Of a stretch of 64,000 bases of DNA, positions 49,866 through 61,758 are shown one piece after another. Within the stretch, counting starts at the first letter, position 1. Each line of letters opens with the position of its first letter. Under the pieces are notes generated by a model, which was given only the letters and a program-made list of their open reading frames with translations, had not been told where the DNA came from and did not search any database. Made by a program: the position numbers and the translations under genes. This DNA comes from Podarcis gaigeae (lineage: Eukaryota), in assembly GCA_964106915.2 (NCBI GenBank), contig OZ066914.1, one strand, 5' to 3'.

Positions 49866-50144
49866 AACCAGCCGTTTTTGTGAAGAAGCTCAGCGACCAT
49901 TGTGTGGAGCCAGGCAAATCCATAATTCTAGAGAGCAGGTACACTGGTAGCCTTCCGATTTCAGTGACATGGAAGAAGAACGGCGTAACTTTAGGCCAGT
50001 CTGAAAAGTGCAGCATCACCACAACAGAGAAGTCATGCATTCTGGAAATTCTTAACAGTACAAAGGATGATCAAGGAGAATACACATGTATGGTTGAGAA
50101 TGAGGCTGGAGAAGATATCTGTGAAGCACTGGTATCCACTTTAG
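49866..50144 (+). CDS. TTN: Titin exon 76 (Ig)
   Basis: AG/GT, 279 nt, EPAVFVKKLSDH. Confidence 0.95.
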
Positions 50145-50253
50145 GTCTGTCTGTAGCACCTTCTTAATAATTTTTTTTATTTAAAAACCTCATTGTTTCT
50201 TCATTGTAGTGTTCAGGTGCCATTATCCTAATGCTCACTCTTTGTGTCCCCAG

Positions 50254-50532
50254 AACCTCCTTCTTTCATCACACACTTGGGACCTCTTGAGGTGTCAGTT
50301 GGAGACTATACCACTTTGCAATGCCAAGTTACTGGGACCCCAGAAATTACAATATCTTGGTTCAAAGGAGATACAAAATTAAGATCTACTCCTGAGTATA
50401 AGATGTACTTCAAAGATAATGTTGCTACACTTATTTTTAACAAAGTGGATGCCAGTGACAGTGGGGAATATATTTGCAAAGCAGAAAACAGTGTCGGAAC
50501 GGCCTCTTCAAAGGCTGTCTTAGCAGTTCAAG
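50254..50532 (+). CDS. TTN: Titin exon 77 (Ig)
   Basis: AG/GT, 279 nt, [12 protein letters not shown]. Confidence 0.95.
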
Positions 50533-50656
50533 GTGATTATTTTATCTGGGATTGGTTAAAAACTCATACTTACAGATCTTTCACTCTTTAAAATATTTTC
50601 ACCTGTCCAGATGCCTGCATAAGCCGTATGTTTATTGCATACTTCTTTTCTTGCAG

Positions 50657-50944
50657 AGCGAAAACGTCCACCTTCTTTTGCAAGGAAATTAAAGGATACA
50701 GAGCAAACCGTTGGCTTCCCAATCAAATTAGTTTGCCGTCTAAATGGATCAGAGCCTATTAGTGTTACATGGTATAAGGATGGTGTGCCTTTAAGAGATG
50801 ACTTTAATGTGCAGGCCTCTTACATAGATAACGTGGCAACTCTTCAGCTGTTGCAAACTGAGATGAGTCACACTGGGCAATATTCTTGCACAGCGACCAA
50901 TCCTGTAGGAACTGCTACGTCTAGTGCTAGGCTCACAGTCTCAG
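50657..50944 (+). CDS. TTN: Titin exon 78 (Ig)
   Basis: AG/GT, 288 nt, [12 protein letters not shown]. Confidence 0.95.
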
Positions 50945-51080
50945 GTTAGTTTCATACTGACTCTCTTGTTTTCATCTGTTACGTTCAACCTCTCTTCCTA
51001 ACCTCTAAAAAGATTTTACAGTATTTAGCTTTACCGCGTCCGAAAGAAATCCAATCGTTCCTCTTCATTTTATTCCCCAG

Positions 51081-51368
51081 AACGCAAACAAGCTCCCTCC
51101 TTTGATATCACACCCGAGTCCAAAGATCTTCCTGTTGGAGAAAGTGCTGACTTTGAGTGTCATGTTACTGGAGCCCAACCTATACATGTAACATGGGCTA
51201 AAGATGGCCGTGAGATTCGTACAGGAGGAAACTATGCCATTACCTTTGTAGCAAATACAGCCCATTTGAGAATTCTGAGAGTAGGCAAAGGAGACAGCGG
51301 ACAGTATACTTGCCAAGCTAGCAATGATGTTGGGAAAGACTTTTGCTCGGCTCAACTTAATGTGAAAG
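51081..51368 (+). CDS. TTN: Titin exon 79 (Ig)
   Basis: AG/GT, 288 nt, ERKQAPSFDITPESKDLPVGESADFECHV. Confidence 0.95.
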
Positions 51369-52449
51369 GTATTTGAATTTAAGTTGACTGATCTTTTATG
51401 CAGAAAAGGGATTTTCTTGGGATTTCTTTTCCACAGAATTCTTTGTTTCTAAAAAGAAAAAGGCAGACCTCTTTCAAATTAAAAAAAAATTCATAGGAAA
51501 CTATCTGTAAGTATTTAAGATCCAAACTATTTTCTTCTCCTTACTGTGTCTTGAAACCCAAGTAGAGCAAAAGAATAATGTTTGCGCTCATAGAAATGTG
51601 ATGGATTCTTATGACAAATTACATGCGCCGGTTGTGATTTACAGATACCCACATTAAATGTAGCTTTTATAGCATTCTTTGGTTTTTGCCGTTGTAAAAG
51701 CCGAGGCGGATTTGATTCATTTACAGTTTATGTATAATTTCCATTCTAAAAAATAGTTGCATGGGAAAATATACATAGATAGCTTGATCCATTAGCAGGG
51801 ATTTACCAAGAGTTTTGCACACCTCTCCAGTAGATGTCAACAAGTTGAAAGGGGAGTGGGGAAATAGCAATTGGCCTCTGCACTTGTGCACCTGTCAGGG
51901 ATGTCATCTTAGCATCCCACCCCCAGGCTGAAATTTTGAGAGGGCTTTGAGTGCCAGTCAACAAACAGATGAGATGGAAGCAGATGGAACGCCTGGGCAC
52001 AGATAGGCTCCTTCCTCCCCTCCTCCAGATTATTGTACCTGGGAGAGGCTTATCTCATAAGTATTGCTTCTCAAAATATCCATCTGTTTTGGGGAGCACA
52101 GGTGCAGGAGAAGAGTTCTCCTATGTTGAGTCTGGGTGCTAATTTCCCACCAATCTCCCTTCTTTGTAGTGGACTGGCGTTAAGGGAGGCATGAGAAAAC
52201 AAAGGCTGTATTTTGCTGTGTTTGCTGTTCAGTGAATCAGTGCCATGGCTTATTTCAGCAGAAATGTCAGAATTTTTGCAGTTGTTGTCGTTTTTTTAAT
52301 GGAGGTTTCTCATACACTTACTAATTTTTGTTGTTATCCTCCTTGATAATACCATATTATGATTTCCACTGCATTTTTTTTTTTTTGCGTGTTCTTAATA
52401 GTTCTTATTCCTCTCTATATTGAATATTACTTTCCTTCTGGCTTGTCAG

Positions 52450-52731
52450 AACCTCCTAAATTTGTGAAGAAACTGGAACCATCAAGAATGCTGAAACAGG
52501 GCGATTCATGTCAACTTGAATGCAAGATCAGTGGTTCCCCAGAAATCAGAGTTGTGTGGTACAAGAATGACCACGAAATCCATGCTAGCGACAAGCACCG
52601 TATGGCATTCAGTGATGGCACAGCAGTGCTGATCATTGTTGATGCTACCCATGAAGACAGTGGAGATTACATTTGTGAAGCGCTTAATTCTGCTGGCACC
52701 GCAAGCTGCAGCACAACAGTCACAGTGAAAG
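52450..52731 (+). CDS. TTN: Titin exon 80 (Ig; 10-Ig super-repeat 2, position 1)
   Basis: AG/GT, 282 nt, EPPKFVKKLEPS. Confidence 0.95.
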
Positions 52732-52810
52732 GTTAGAAGCCAATGTCTACTCTGACTTCCTCCACTCTACCCAACCCTTAGGAGCACTGGAAGGTGTTTT
52801 GGTTTTTCCC

Positions 52811-52988
52811 CATACGGAGTCAGACCATTGGTCCATCTACCTCAGTGTTATCTTCACTGACTGACAGTGGCTCTCCAGGATTTCAGTCAGGACTCTCTCC
52901 CAGCCCTACCTGCAGATGCTGGGAAGTTGAACCTGGGGTCCTCTTCATTCAGAGCAGATGCTCTACCAGTGAGCTGCAGGCATTCCCC
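52811..52988 (-). mobile_element. tRNA-derived squamate SINE (Squam3-like)
   Basis: Reverse strand GGGGAATGCCTGCAGCTCACTGGTAGAGCATCTGC..CCCAGGTTCAAC (A/B-box-like)..TAGATGGACCAATGGTCTGACTC; family name from memory. Confidence 0.7.
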
Positions 52989-53291
52989 TACTTTACCCTT
53001 AAATGGTTGGATGATAATGCTATAATGCTGGGGACGCATAGTCAAAAGTACTGACAAAGGACTGATATGTTTGAAATCCAAAGACTCCTCGACTGTAGTG
53101 AAAATGGTGGCAGTGCTGATGAGGAGGTCAGGCACACTACGCAAATAGAGATAGTAAAGCAGTCTCGAAAATTTTAAGAGGGGGAGAAGCAGTCTTAGAG
53201 GATCAGTGGCCCCTCTAGCCTTTACCTATCACTGGCCTGTGTCAGAAATTACAGAACTGTGAAGTAGCACAGGAAGGAAAAGAGTAAAATC

Positions 53292-53336
<45 letters not shown>
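53292..53336. repeat. (TAT)n microsatellite, probable retroposon tail
   Basis: Directly visible. Confidence 0.9.
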
Positions 53337-53339
53337 CAT

Positions 53340-53487
53340 CAGTGCTTTTTTTCTGGGGAGATGCAGGGGTACACATACCCCTAAACATTTTGTAAATCTA
53401 AGTTTGGCCTCATTGAGGGCCAGTATTTCAATATGAGTAGGAAAATGAGAGTACCCCTAAGCATTTTTTTTAGGAAAAAAGGCACTT
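53340..53487. mobile_element. MITE (probably hAT) inserted at the end of the (TAT)n tract
   Basis: TIRs CAGTGCTTTTTT / AAAAAAGGCACT; ttattatca occurs on both sides. Confidence 0.6.
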
Positions 53488-53835
53488 GTTATTATCAATA
53501 TTCCCTGCCTGTTTCCTTGACTGGACTTAAGGTGGCTTACAGATAAAAATAAGAACCACTACCAACACAGAAAAACAATCATTAAAAAACAATTAAACAT
53601 TGACAGAATTAAAGCTATATACATATCTAAACATCTGTTAAACCCATACCAATAATTACCATAAAAACAACACAGCACCAGCCCTTTCACTAAAAGCAGT
53701 CAATTCCCAAAATCCTGTTGGAACAAGAAAGTCTTCACCTGCTGGCTGAAAGACAAGAAGCAGGAAGCCAGCCTAGCTTCTCTAGGGAGGGAGTTCCAAA
53801 AAAAGTCTGGGAGCAACCACCGAGAAGGCCCTCTA
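53488..53835 (-). mobile_element. LINE (L2-like) 3' fragment
   Basis: cttaaggtggcttaca..gtcttcacctgctggctgaaag..gggagggagttcca..ccaccgagaaggccctct; similar remnant near 62200-62320; family from memory. Confidence 0.5.
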
Positions 53836-54596
53836 TTCCCTGAAAATTCAGTTTACAGGCAGTGAAAGGTTTAAAGATAACCTATGCCTCAGTTAGGATA
53901 TACTCCTTGAGCATCTGATTAATAGCTAGGAAGTTGACAAGAAGAGGCAACAGGTGAAGGGATCAAAGACGTGGGTGATAATGCAAGATATAAGGTTACA
54001 GGAGTAGGAGGATCAGTTTTCTTTTGTGTGTGCCAGCTACACAATCTGCCAGGTGATCATCTGTTACTTCCTAGCAACACTCTATAGTTAGATAAGACAT
54101 AAGATGTGAATTGCAGTTGCAGGGGACAGTGGGGAAAGAGTTAGAGGATTTCTTCTATTTAAAAATAAAATACAGTACTTATAGGGATAAGGAGGAGGAC
54201 TGTAAGAAAATAAACCTTTGGCCATGGAAGGTTTAGAGCATGTGTTTGAGGGTGTCAGTTTGAGAATAGCAGATGTGGGAGTGGAAAACGTTATGCGGAG
54301 GTACACACCCATGCTTATTAACTGCATTTATTTGGAAAACTCAGTGCCACATGCAACAGGAATTTGTGGGGGGGATGACAAAGTTTCCCAGCAAGACTTT
54401 GCAGCTTTAGAAATAGAAATGACCTAAAATTGACCTGCTATGCACTTGGGAGAACTAGAGAAAGAATCTTCTTGGGCACCTAAATGGGGATTTACAAGCA
54501 TACCTTCTGCCTTCTGTTTCTGGATGTCTTGCCCCTGTTAGCAATAAACCCCTCCCAGGAGTCCCGTTACATGTCCTCGTCTCCTTTCTTTTATAG

Positions 54597-54875
54597 AACC
54601 TCCCGTTTTTAGCAAGAAACCCAGCCCCATAGACACACTCAAGGGCTCCGATGTCACCCTTCAGTGTGAAATAGCAGGCACACCGCCATTCGAAGTCGTC
54701 TGGTTCAAGGACAGAAAGCAAGTCAGGAGCAGCAAGAAGTTCAAAGTGACAACCAAGAACTTCAGTGCCAGCGTCCACATTCTCAACCTCGAAGCGGCAG
54801 ACCTTGGGGAATATCAGTGCAAAGCCACAAATGAGGTCGGAAGTGACACTTGCTCTTGTGCTGTGAAGTTCAAAG
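54597..54875 (+). CDS. TTN: Titin exon 81 (Ig)
   Basis: AG/GT, 279 nt, EPPVFSKKPSPIDTLKG. Confidence 0.95.
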
Positions 54876-54990
54876 GTTAGTGATGAGTGCAACCGCGGTG
54901 CAAAGTCTTCCGGGCACCTTTTCCTTTGCGTTTCTTTTGCGGCTTCCTTGCCACCTTCCTCTTACCATAAGGAATTCTCTTCCCTGCCAG

Positions 54991-55272
54991 AACCTCCTCG
55001 GTTTGTTAAGAAGCTGAGCGAAACCTCCACCTATGCCGGGGAACCCACAGCACTGCGGGCCGTAGTAGAAGGCTCCCAACCCATTTCCGTCGTTTGGCTT
55101 AAGGACAAAGGCGAAATAATACGGGAAAGCGAAAACCTCAAGATTTCCTTTTCGGATAACATCGCAACTCTTCAGATTGCAAGTGCCGAAGCCACCAACA
55201 GCGGGAAGTACATCTGCCAGATTAAAAATGATGCTGGAATGAGAGAATGCGCAGGGCATTTACAAGTCCTAG
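54991..55272 (+). CDS. TTN: Titin exon 82 (Ig)
   Basis: AG/GT, 282 nt, EPPRFVKKLSET. Confidence 0.95.
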
Positions 55273-55400
55273 GTTGGTACAGGCACCTATCCCCTTCTAA
55301 AGAATTGAATCTTGGCTGCCTTTGCCATTGCAGCTAATTTGCTTCTTAAGTCTTGGTTTTCTCGAAACTCAAGTTTTCTGGATTGTCTCCCTCATTCCAG

Positions 55401-55679
55401 AGCCGGCTGTGATTTTAGAGAAGCCCGAGCCCATGACGGTGACCTCTGGCAATGCTTTTACTCTGGAGTGCACGGTGGGTGGCACTCCAGAACTAATTAC
55501 CAAGTGGTTTAAGGACGGAAGAGAACTCACCAACAGCCGCAAGCACCAAATCAGCTTTTCCAACAAGGTGGCGACACTTAAGGTTCTCTCCGCAGACATG
55601 AATGACAGGGGATTGTACACTTTTGAAGTACACAATGAAGTGGGGAAAAGCAGCTGCACTTCCTCCGTCGACATTTCAG
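55401..55679 (+). CDS. TTN: Titin exon 83 (Ig)
   Basis: AG/GT, 279 nt, EPAVILEKPEPM. Confidence 0.95.
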
Positions 55680-55772
55680 GTTAGCTTGGGATCTTTTTCG
55701 TTTCTCACTTGCCCTTCTCTGCTGTCGTTTCTCCTCTTAAAAGTTGGCTCTTTGTTGCCTTTTCCTACCCAG

Positions 55773-56060
55773 ACCACGTCGTCCCTCCTTCTTTTATAAG
55801 AAGATTGAAAGAAACCTTTGGCATGCAGGGCTCCTCGGTTGTTTTGGAGTGCAAAGTTGCCGGCTCCCTTCCTATTTCAGTCACTTGGTTTTATGGAGGA
55901 AATGAAATTTTCCCAGGGGACAAATACGAAACCGGCTTTTCAGATAATGTCTGTGCTTTGAAGGTGAATGCTCTGGACTCGTCTGATACAGGTCCCTACA
56001 CCTGTGCTGCCCAGAATGTAGCTGGTTCTGATGAATGCAGTGCCTTTTTGACAGTGCAAG
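55773..56060 (+). CDS. TTN: Titin exon 84 (Ig)
   Basis: AG/GT, 288 nt, DHVVPPSFIRRL. Confidence 0.95.
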
Positions 56061-56200
56061 GTCAGTAAAGGATAGACAAGGCATCCGTTGCAAATCTTTC
56101 CCGTGCGTGTTTATCTTGCTTTCTTGACAACCTGTTTTACACAGATGTTAGCTACCTGGCACATTTGCGTTAACTTTTTAAATGTTGTGTGTAATTCTAG

Positions 56201-56479
56201 AACCACCCTCTTTTGCAAAGACGCCAGACCCGCTGGAGGTTTTACCTGGAATGAGTGTAACGTTCAGGAGTCTGATTAGGGGAACTCCTCCATTCAAAGT
56301 GAACTGGTTTAAGGGGAGTAGAGAACTGGTGCCAGGGAAAACGTGCAACATCACCTTGGCAGATTCATCTGCGGAGCTGGAATTGTTCGAAGTGGGACCA
56401 CTCCAGACCGGAGATTACACCTGCCTTGCCACAAACGATGCTGGCAGTGCTTCTTGCACCACACATCTTTTTGTAAAAG
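56201..56479 (+). CDS. TTN: Titin exon 85 (Ig)
   Basis: AG/GT, 279 nt, EPPSFAKTPDPL. Confidence 0.95.
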
Positions 56480-56604
56480 GTTTGTCCAAATGCTATTATT
56501 ATGGCATGTACACATGTTAAGTGTGCGTGCACGTCTGTGTGATATACACACACCCATAGAGCAGTTCTTGGTTTAACCACTTCTTTCATATGGCTTTATC
56601 TTAG

Positions 56605-56883
56605 AGCCTGCTGTGTTTGTGAAGAAGCTGAGCGATTTCAGCGTAGAACATGGGAAATCCATAATTCTAGAAAGCACATTCAGCGGAACTCCTCCACTCG
56701 CAGTAACGTGGAAGAAGAACGGCTTGAACATCACACAGTCTCCAAAATGCAATATAACCACCACAGAAAAATCAGGCATTCTGGAAATTCTTAATAGTTC
56801 TACAGAAGATGAAGGAGAATATATCTGTGAAGTTGCAAATGATGCTGGGGAGGATGTATGTCACGCCCTGGTATCAATCATAG
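56605..56883 (+). CDS. TTN: Titin exon 86 (Ig)
   Basis: AG/GT, 279 nt, EPAVFVKKLSDF. Confidence 0.95.
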
Positions 56884-56988
56884 GTGTGTTGCTGTCTTAA
56901 TAGTTGGTTAACCATTCTTGTACTAATTGCCATCTTCTGATGTGCTTAGATTGACTGTGGGTATTGACTATGATTATTTCTGCTGCAG

Positions 56989-57267
56989 AACCACCTCATT
57001 TTATTAAGCACTTGGATCACTTGGAGGTGACCATCGGAGAGCCTGCAACTTTACAGTGCCAAGTGGCTGGAACACCAGAAATTAAAGTGTCATGGTACAA
57101 AGGAGATACCAAACTAAGATCTACACAGGCTTATAAAATGCACTTCAAGAACAATGTGGCTTCACTCGCTTTCAGCCGGGTAGAGAACGCTGACATTGGC
57201 GAATATACCTGCAAAGCAGAAAACAGCGTTGGGTTTGCTACTTCAATGACAACAATCACCATCAAAG
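56989..57267 (+). CDS. TTN: Titin exon 87 (Ig)
   Basis: AG/GT, 279 nt, [12 protein letters not shown]. Confidence 0.95.
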
Positions 57268-57723
57268 GTGATGGCTCTTTTTAAAATAATTGACCCTTGT
57301 CATATTACACACAACGTTTGTGTGTAATATGCTGAAGTGTGTGACCCACTTGAATCACAGGCATGGTGACGGGGCTCTCAGCATGTCCACAAGCTGCTTT
57401 GCTGAGCTGTAAGAAGACTGAGATATCTCTGAGCTCTTCCTGTGTATCTGTGCAGCCTTTATTCCTTTCTCCAAACCCTGCAAATTACTGAACTTGCATG
57501 AGTTCGAAAGGGATGACTGGATAAGGGTATGGGAGGCACACACAGACCTCCTATTCCCTGTGTGTGCCTATATGGGTGGGGGGCATGAGAGCTTAGGAAC
57601 AGAGAACATGGCTCTATTTTTATTGGAATTCTCCACATGTGCAGGGCATACTGGCCCAGGTATTCTTTTTAGTCTTCTTGCATGGCCAGTTATCATACCC
57701 TGTAATTTATTTATTTTTTGCAG

Positions 57724-58011
57724 ATGTTAAACTTCCTCCTTCATTCACAAGAAAACTGAAAGACGTGCAGGAGACTCTTGGTTCTCCTATAGCCTTTGAC
57801 TGCCGCATTGTTGGCTCTGAGCCACTTGAAGTGTCTTGGTCGAAGGATGGGGTGCAGCTGAGAGATGACGACAACATTCAAACCACCTTCTTAAGCAATA
57901 TAGCGACGCTTCAGATCTTGCAAACCTCCATGGCTCACGCTGGCCAGTACACTTGCACAGCTCACAATGCCCTTGGGACTGCTTCTTCCAGTGCCAAGCT
58001 CCTACTCACAG
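57724..58011 (+). CDS. TTN: Titin exon 88 (Ig)
   Basis: AG/GT, 288 nt, [12 protein letters not shown]. Confidence 0.95.
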
Positions 58012-58174
58012 GTTTGTAAACAACTAAGTCCGAAGTTGTTGCATGCTGGTTCAGTTTTAAAGAGCGAGAACAAGTCACAGGGCCGTAACAACAGACTAAG
58101 AGTTTGCTGTTTGAAGGGAAGGCAATACGTCCTGCCATGCCTTTTCACTTTTTTATTTTCTTTCTTTTCCTTAG

Positions 58175-58462
58175 AACACCTGAAACCACCATTCTTTGAT
58201 GTGAAGCCTTTGCCCCTTGACGTTGCTCTTGGGGAAAGTGGTTCTTTCAAGTGTCATGTCACAGGTTCAGTGCCAATGAAAGTCAGCTGGGCAAAAGATA
58301 ACCGTGAGATCCGCCCTGGTGGCAATTACAAGATTACACTGGTAGAAAACACTGCCACACTGACCATTCTTAAAGTAGGCAAAGGTGATGGTGGACTGTA
58401 TACTTGTTATGCAAGCAACAGTGCTGGGAAGGATTCTTGTGGCGCTCAGCTGAGTTTCAAAG
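58175..58462 (+). CDS. TTN: Titin exon 89 (Ig)
   Basis: AG/GT, 288 nt, EHLKPPFFDVKP. Confidence 0.95.
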
Positions 58463-58487
58463 GTAATTTGATGGAAAGTGCTGTCAT

Positions 58488-58570
58488 TTCTTCTTCTTCT
58501 TCTTCTTCTTCTTCTTCTTCTTCTTCTTCTTCTTCTTCTTCTTCTTCTTCTTCTTCTCCCCCCCCCCCCC
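58488..58570. repeat. (TTC)23 microsatellite plus poly-C run
   Basis: Directly visible; starts 26 nt into intron 89. Confidence 0.97.
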
Positions 58571-58915
58571 ATTTTGTAAAAATAAAGACATGTTTGAATC
58601 TTCCAGCTAAAATGGGCACAAGTGGGTGGCATTCTGTATCTAGAGTAGCAGCTGATAAAAATCTTCTTGAAGTTATTTTCTTGAGCATATTAATACCACA
58701 CCGGGGTTTTCGTTTATTGCTTACAAGCCTGTTTAAAATTAGCAGCCTGTGGAAATTTATTAGGCCGTAAACAGGCTGAACATAGAGTCTCCTTTTAATA
58801 TGTGACACTTGAGTTGTGGTATCATGTTTTCCACTGAAGTGCGATTAAGCTGGGAAATCTGTGGTCCAGAATAAGAAAAAAAACTTGGCGTTTATTCGTG
58901 TGATAAGAAAATACA

Positions 58916-59209
58916 GTGTTGTATCCAGTCTTCTCTCTCCATTGATAGAAGGCTCCTGGATCCACTGGAGGCTTCCATCAGTGGAACAGGGAGGGAGGTG
59001 ACGTCAAGCAATTCTCCCTCCCCACAGTCCACAACCTCTCATACCACCTTTCACTATGTTTCAAAGGATCCCCCAACCCTCTGGAACACTTTTGATGGGT
59101 GCCTGGGGCTGCTGATGGGAGGGGAAATTGCAAACATTTCCTTCTCATTCTTCCAATGGAATCTTCCACTCAATCAGTCCAGTGGAGGGACACCACTGGA
59201 TTGCAACCC
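58916..59209. mobile_element. Possible MITE
   Basis: Imperfect inverted ends GTGTTGTATCCAGT / ACTGGATTGCAACCC. Confidence 0.35.
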
Positions 59210-59854
59210 ATGCAGCCGTTATTTAAACGGGCAAGAGTGTTATGAGCTTCCATAACTTTAACTGGACATAGACAAGCTTTAGGGAAAACTTTAGGCCGGA
59301 TCTGAAATCATATTACATAGAGAAATCAGCCTTCAGATATTGCACGTTTAGAAGGAATCTGAGTGGCTATTGATGTAAACAGGCCTGCTGAGTTGTTTCT
59401 ATCAAGGCCCTAGGCATTGTATGAATAGCAGAGATTCAATACATGGAGCTTTCCCCAGCATGATAATGCAACAATAGGGGAAGCTTTACCTGCTGAATAC
59501 CCTCCTAATGCACAGTTGTCAAATGCACAAAATCACTGCTCACCTGCCTAATCTCAGAATACTAGGCTAGATTTAGAAGTAAGCCCCATTCCGCAGAGAA
59601 TGTGTATGGAAGGCATGTTCAGCCAGGTCCACTGCATTTCCCTAGCCTGGTACAGTGCAGTAGTGATGGTAGATGTCAGTTCCTGGCTGTCTCCATGCAT
59701 ACTAGGAGGAACACAAGGAAGGAAGAGGAGCAAAATGTTGCTGGGGTAGTGAGCAATATTGACAGCCTCCTTCTTAAAGTTGGAAGGGAGGCTCAAGCAA
59801 ATAGATCACAGTGTGGGTTACTAACTATGGATAAATTTGCAACGGTATGTGCAC

Positions 59855-60080
59855 AAGAGTTCTGCTGGATCAGATCAAAAGGTTCTCTAGTCCAGCATCA
59901 TCTTTTCCACAGTGGCCAATCAGATATCTCTGGGAATTCCATAAACAGGAGATGAGGGCAATAGCTCTCCCACTGTTTCCCTCCAGCCATTTCTATTTGG
60001 AGGCTTGCTGCCTCTGATCTGATCCTGGAGGTAGCCTACAGCCATCATGACTTCCATCCATTGAGGGCCTAATCCTCTGT
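59855..60080 (-). mobile_element. CR1-like LINE 3' fragment
   Basis: ctgctggatcaga..tctagtccagcatc..cacagtggccaatcagat..ctgcctctga..ctggaggtag..agccatcatgact is a typical squamate CR1 3' end (from memory). Confidence 0.6.
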
Positions 60081-60442
60081 GGTTATATTTATCAGTTGTA
60101 TTTCTCCTTTTTTGTCTTAGTGTAGTGTTGCATATAATGGAGATAATTTAAATTTTACAAGGAGGGGCTGATAGAATCCCCTGTGCTTCCATGTGTTCTT
60201 CTCCAGTCTTTTTATCATACCACCACCATGAAATATACTTCTGAGGCAGATGTGGTTTGAACTGTTCTTGAGTGCTCTATGGCTTGACTTGTAAGGGATC
60301 AGTTTGCCTCCGTAGATTGACTGTAAACTCTTTGCCAATACACTTTGATGGCTAATATAGATGACACACATTTCTGAGATCTTGCAAAATTAACACAAGC
60401 AATTTTATGTATTCATTTCCTTTCCTTGTTGTTTTTTAATAG

Positions 60443-60724
60443 AGCCACCGAGGTTTATTAAGAAGTTAGACTCCTCCAGAGTTGTGAAAGAGCACGATTC
60501 GACTAGATTTGAATGCAGAATAGGTGGCTCTCCAGAAATTAACATTGTGTGGTACAAGGGTGAAACTCAAATTCATCCCAGTGACAAATTCAGCATGTCA
60601 TTCATCGATTCTGTGGCAGTCATTGAAATGCACGGTCTGAGTGTTGAAGACAGTGGAGACTACACTTGCGAAGCCCAAAATGCAGCGGGTAGTGCGAACA
60701 GCAGTACTTCACTGAAAGTGAAAG
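60443..60724 (+). CDS. TTN: Titin exon 90 (Ig; 10-Ig super-repeat 3, position 1)
   Basis: AG/GT, 282 nt, EPPRFIKKLDSS. Confidence 0.95.
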
Positions 60725-60985
60725 GTCAGAACCTGCTCTTCCTTTGCTTTCTCTACCCTTCCTGTTGTAGAAGGTTGCTAGGGCTTGTCGTCTCCTACTA
60801 AGCAAGCCAATATCGGTTTCCATTAAAGGCCACTAGTAGGCCCCTTTATTTGGAATGGGAAATTTCCTTTGCATGTCTCTTCTCTCCCATTTCCTTGCAA
60901 TCCTTCATTCTTAATGGTGTGCTCTCTGTTCTTTCAAACGTTGCTCCTTTGCATTTAACAGAAATCCAAACCTCCTCTTTTGTAG

Positions 60986-61264
60986 CTCCTCCTGTTTTCC
61001 GCAAGAAACCGCGGCCAGTAGAGACTCTGAAAGGTTTTGATGTTCACCTTGAATGTGAGCTTCAAGGCACTCCTCCCTTCCATGTTTCATGGTACAAAGA
61101 TAAAAGAGAAATAAGAAGCAGCAAAAAGTACAAGATTTTGTCTGAGAATTACCTTGCTAGTATTCACATTCTCAACGTTGATGCGGCAGACATTGGGGAA
61201 TATCACTGTAAAGCTGTCAATGATGTGGGAAGTGACACTTGCATCTGCTCTGTGATGCTGAAAG
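60986..61264 (+). CDS. TTN: Titin exon 91 (Ig)
   Basis: AG/GT, 279 nt, APPVFRKKPRPV. Confidence 0.95.
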
Positions 61265-61367
61265 GTTGGTAAAAGACTTTCCATTGCCATGTTTCCCCCG
61301 GCCGCTCCAGGTTTTTAAAATCTTACTCTCTTTTCCATCACTTACATATTTTCCACCTCTTGATCAG

Positions 61368-61649
61368 GACCCCCAAGGTTTGTGAAGAAACTTAATGATA
61401 CCACTGCCGTTGTTGGGGATCCAGCAGAACTGCAAGCAACGGTAGAAGGATCTGAGCCGATTTCTGTTGTTTGGATGAAAGACAAAGGTGAAATCATCAG
61501 AGAAAGTGAAAATGTCTGGATGTCATATTCCGATAAAGTTGCCATCCTTCAGGTTGTAAATGCAGAACCAAGCAACACTGGGAAATATACCTGCCAGATT
61601 AAAAACGATGCCGGAAGTCAGGAGTGTTTTGCTACTTTATCAGTTCTAG
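61368..61649 (+). CDS. TTN: Titin exon 92 (Ig)
   Basis: AG/GT, 282 nt, GPPRFVKKLNDT. Confidence 0.95.
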
Positions 61650-61758
61650 GTTGGTATAGAGTAAAAACAACAACAACACAAAAGCATGCTGAAGAATAAA
61701 TATTTTAACATATTAACATTTTATTTACAAATGTGACTCGCTTTGCATCTTATTCCAG

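Noticed and set aside
58267-58808. Poly-Arg, poly-Glu and poly-Ser ORFs
   Set aside because: They are translations of the intronic (TTC)n microsatellite; exon 89 ends at 58462.
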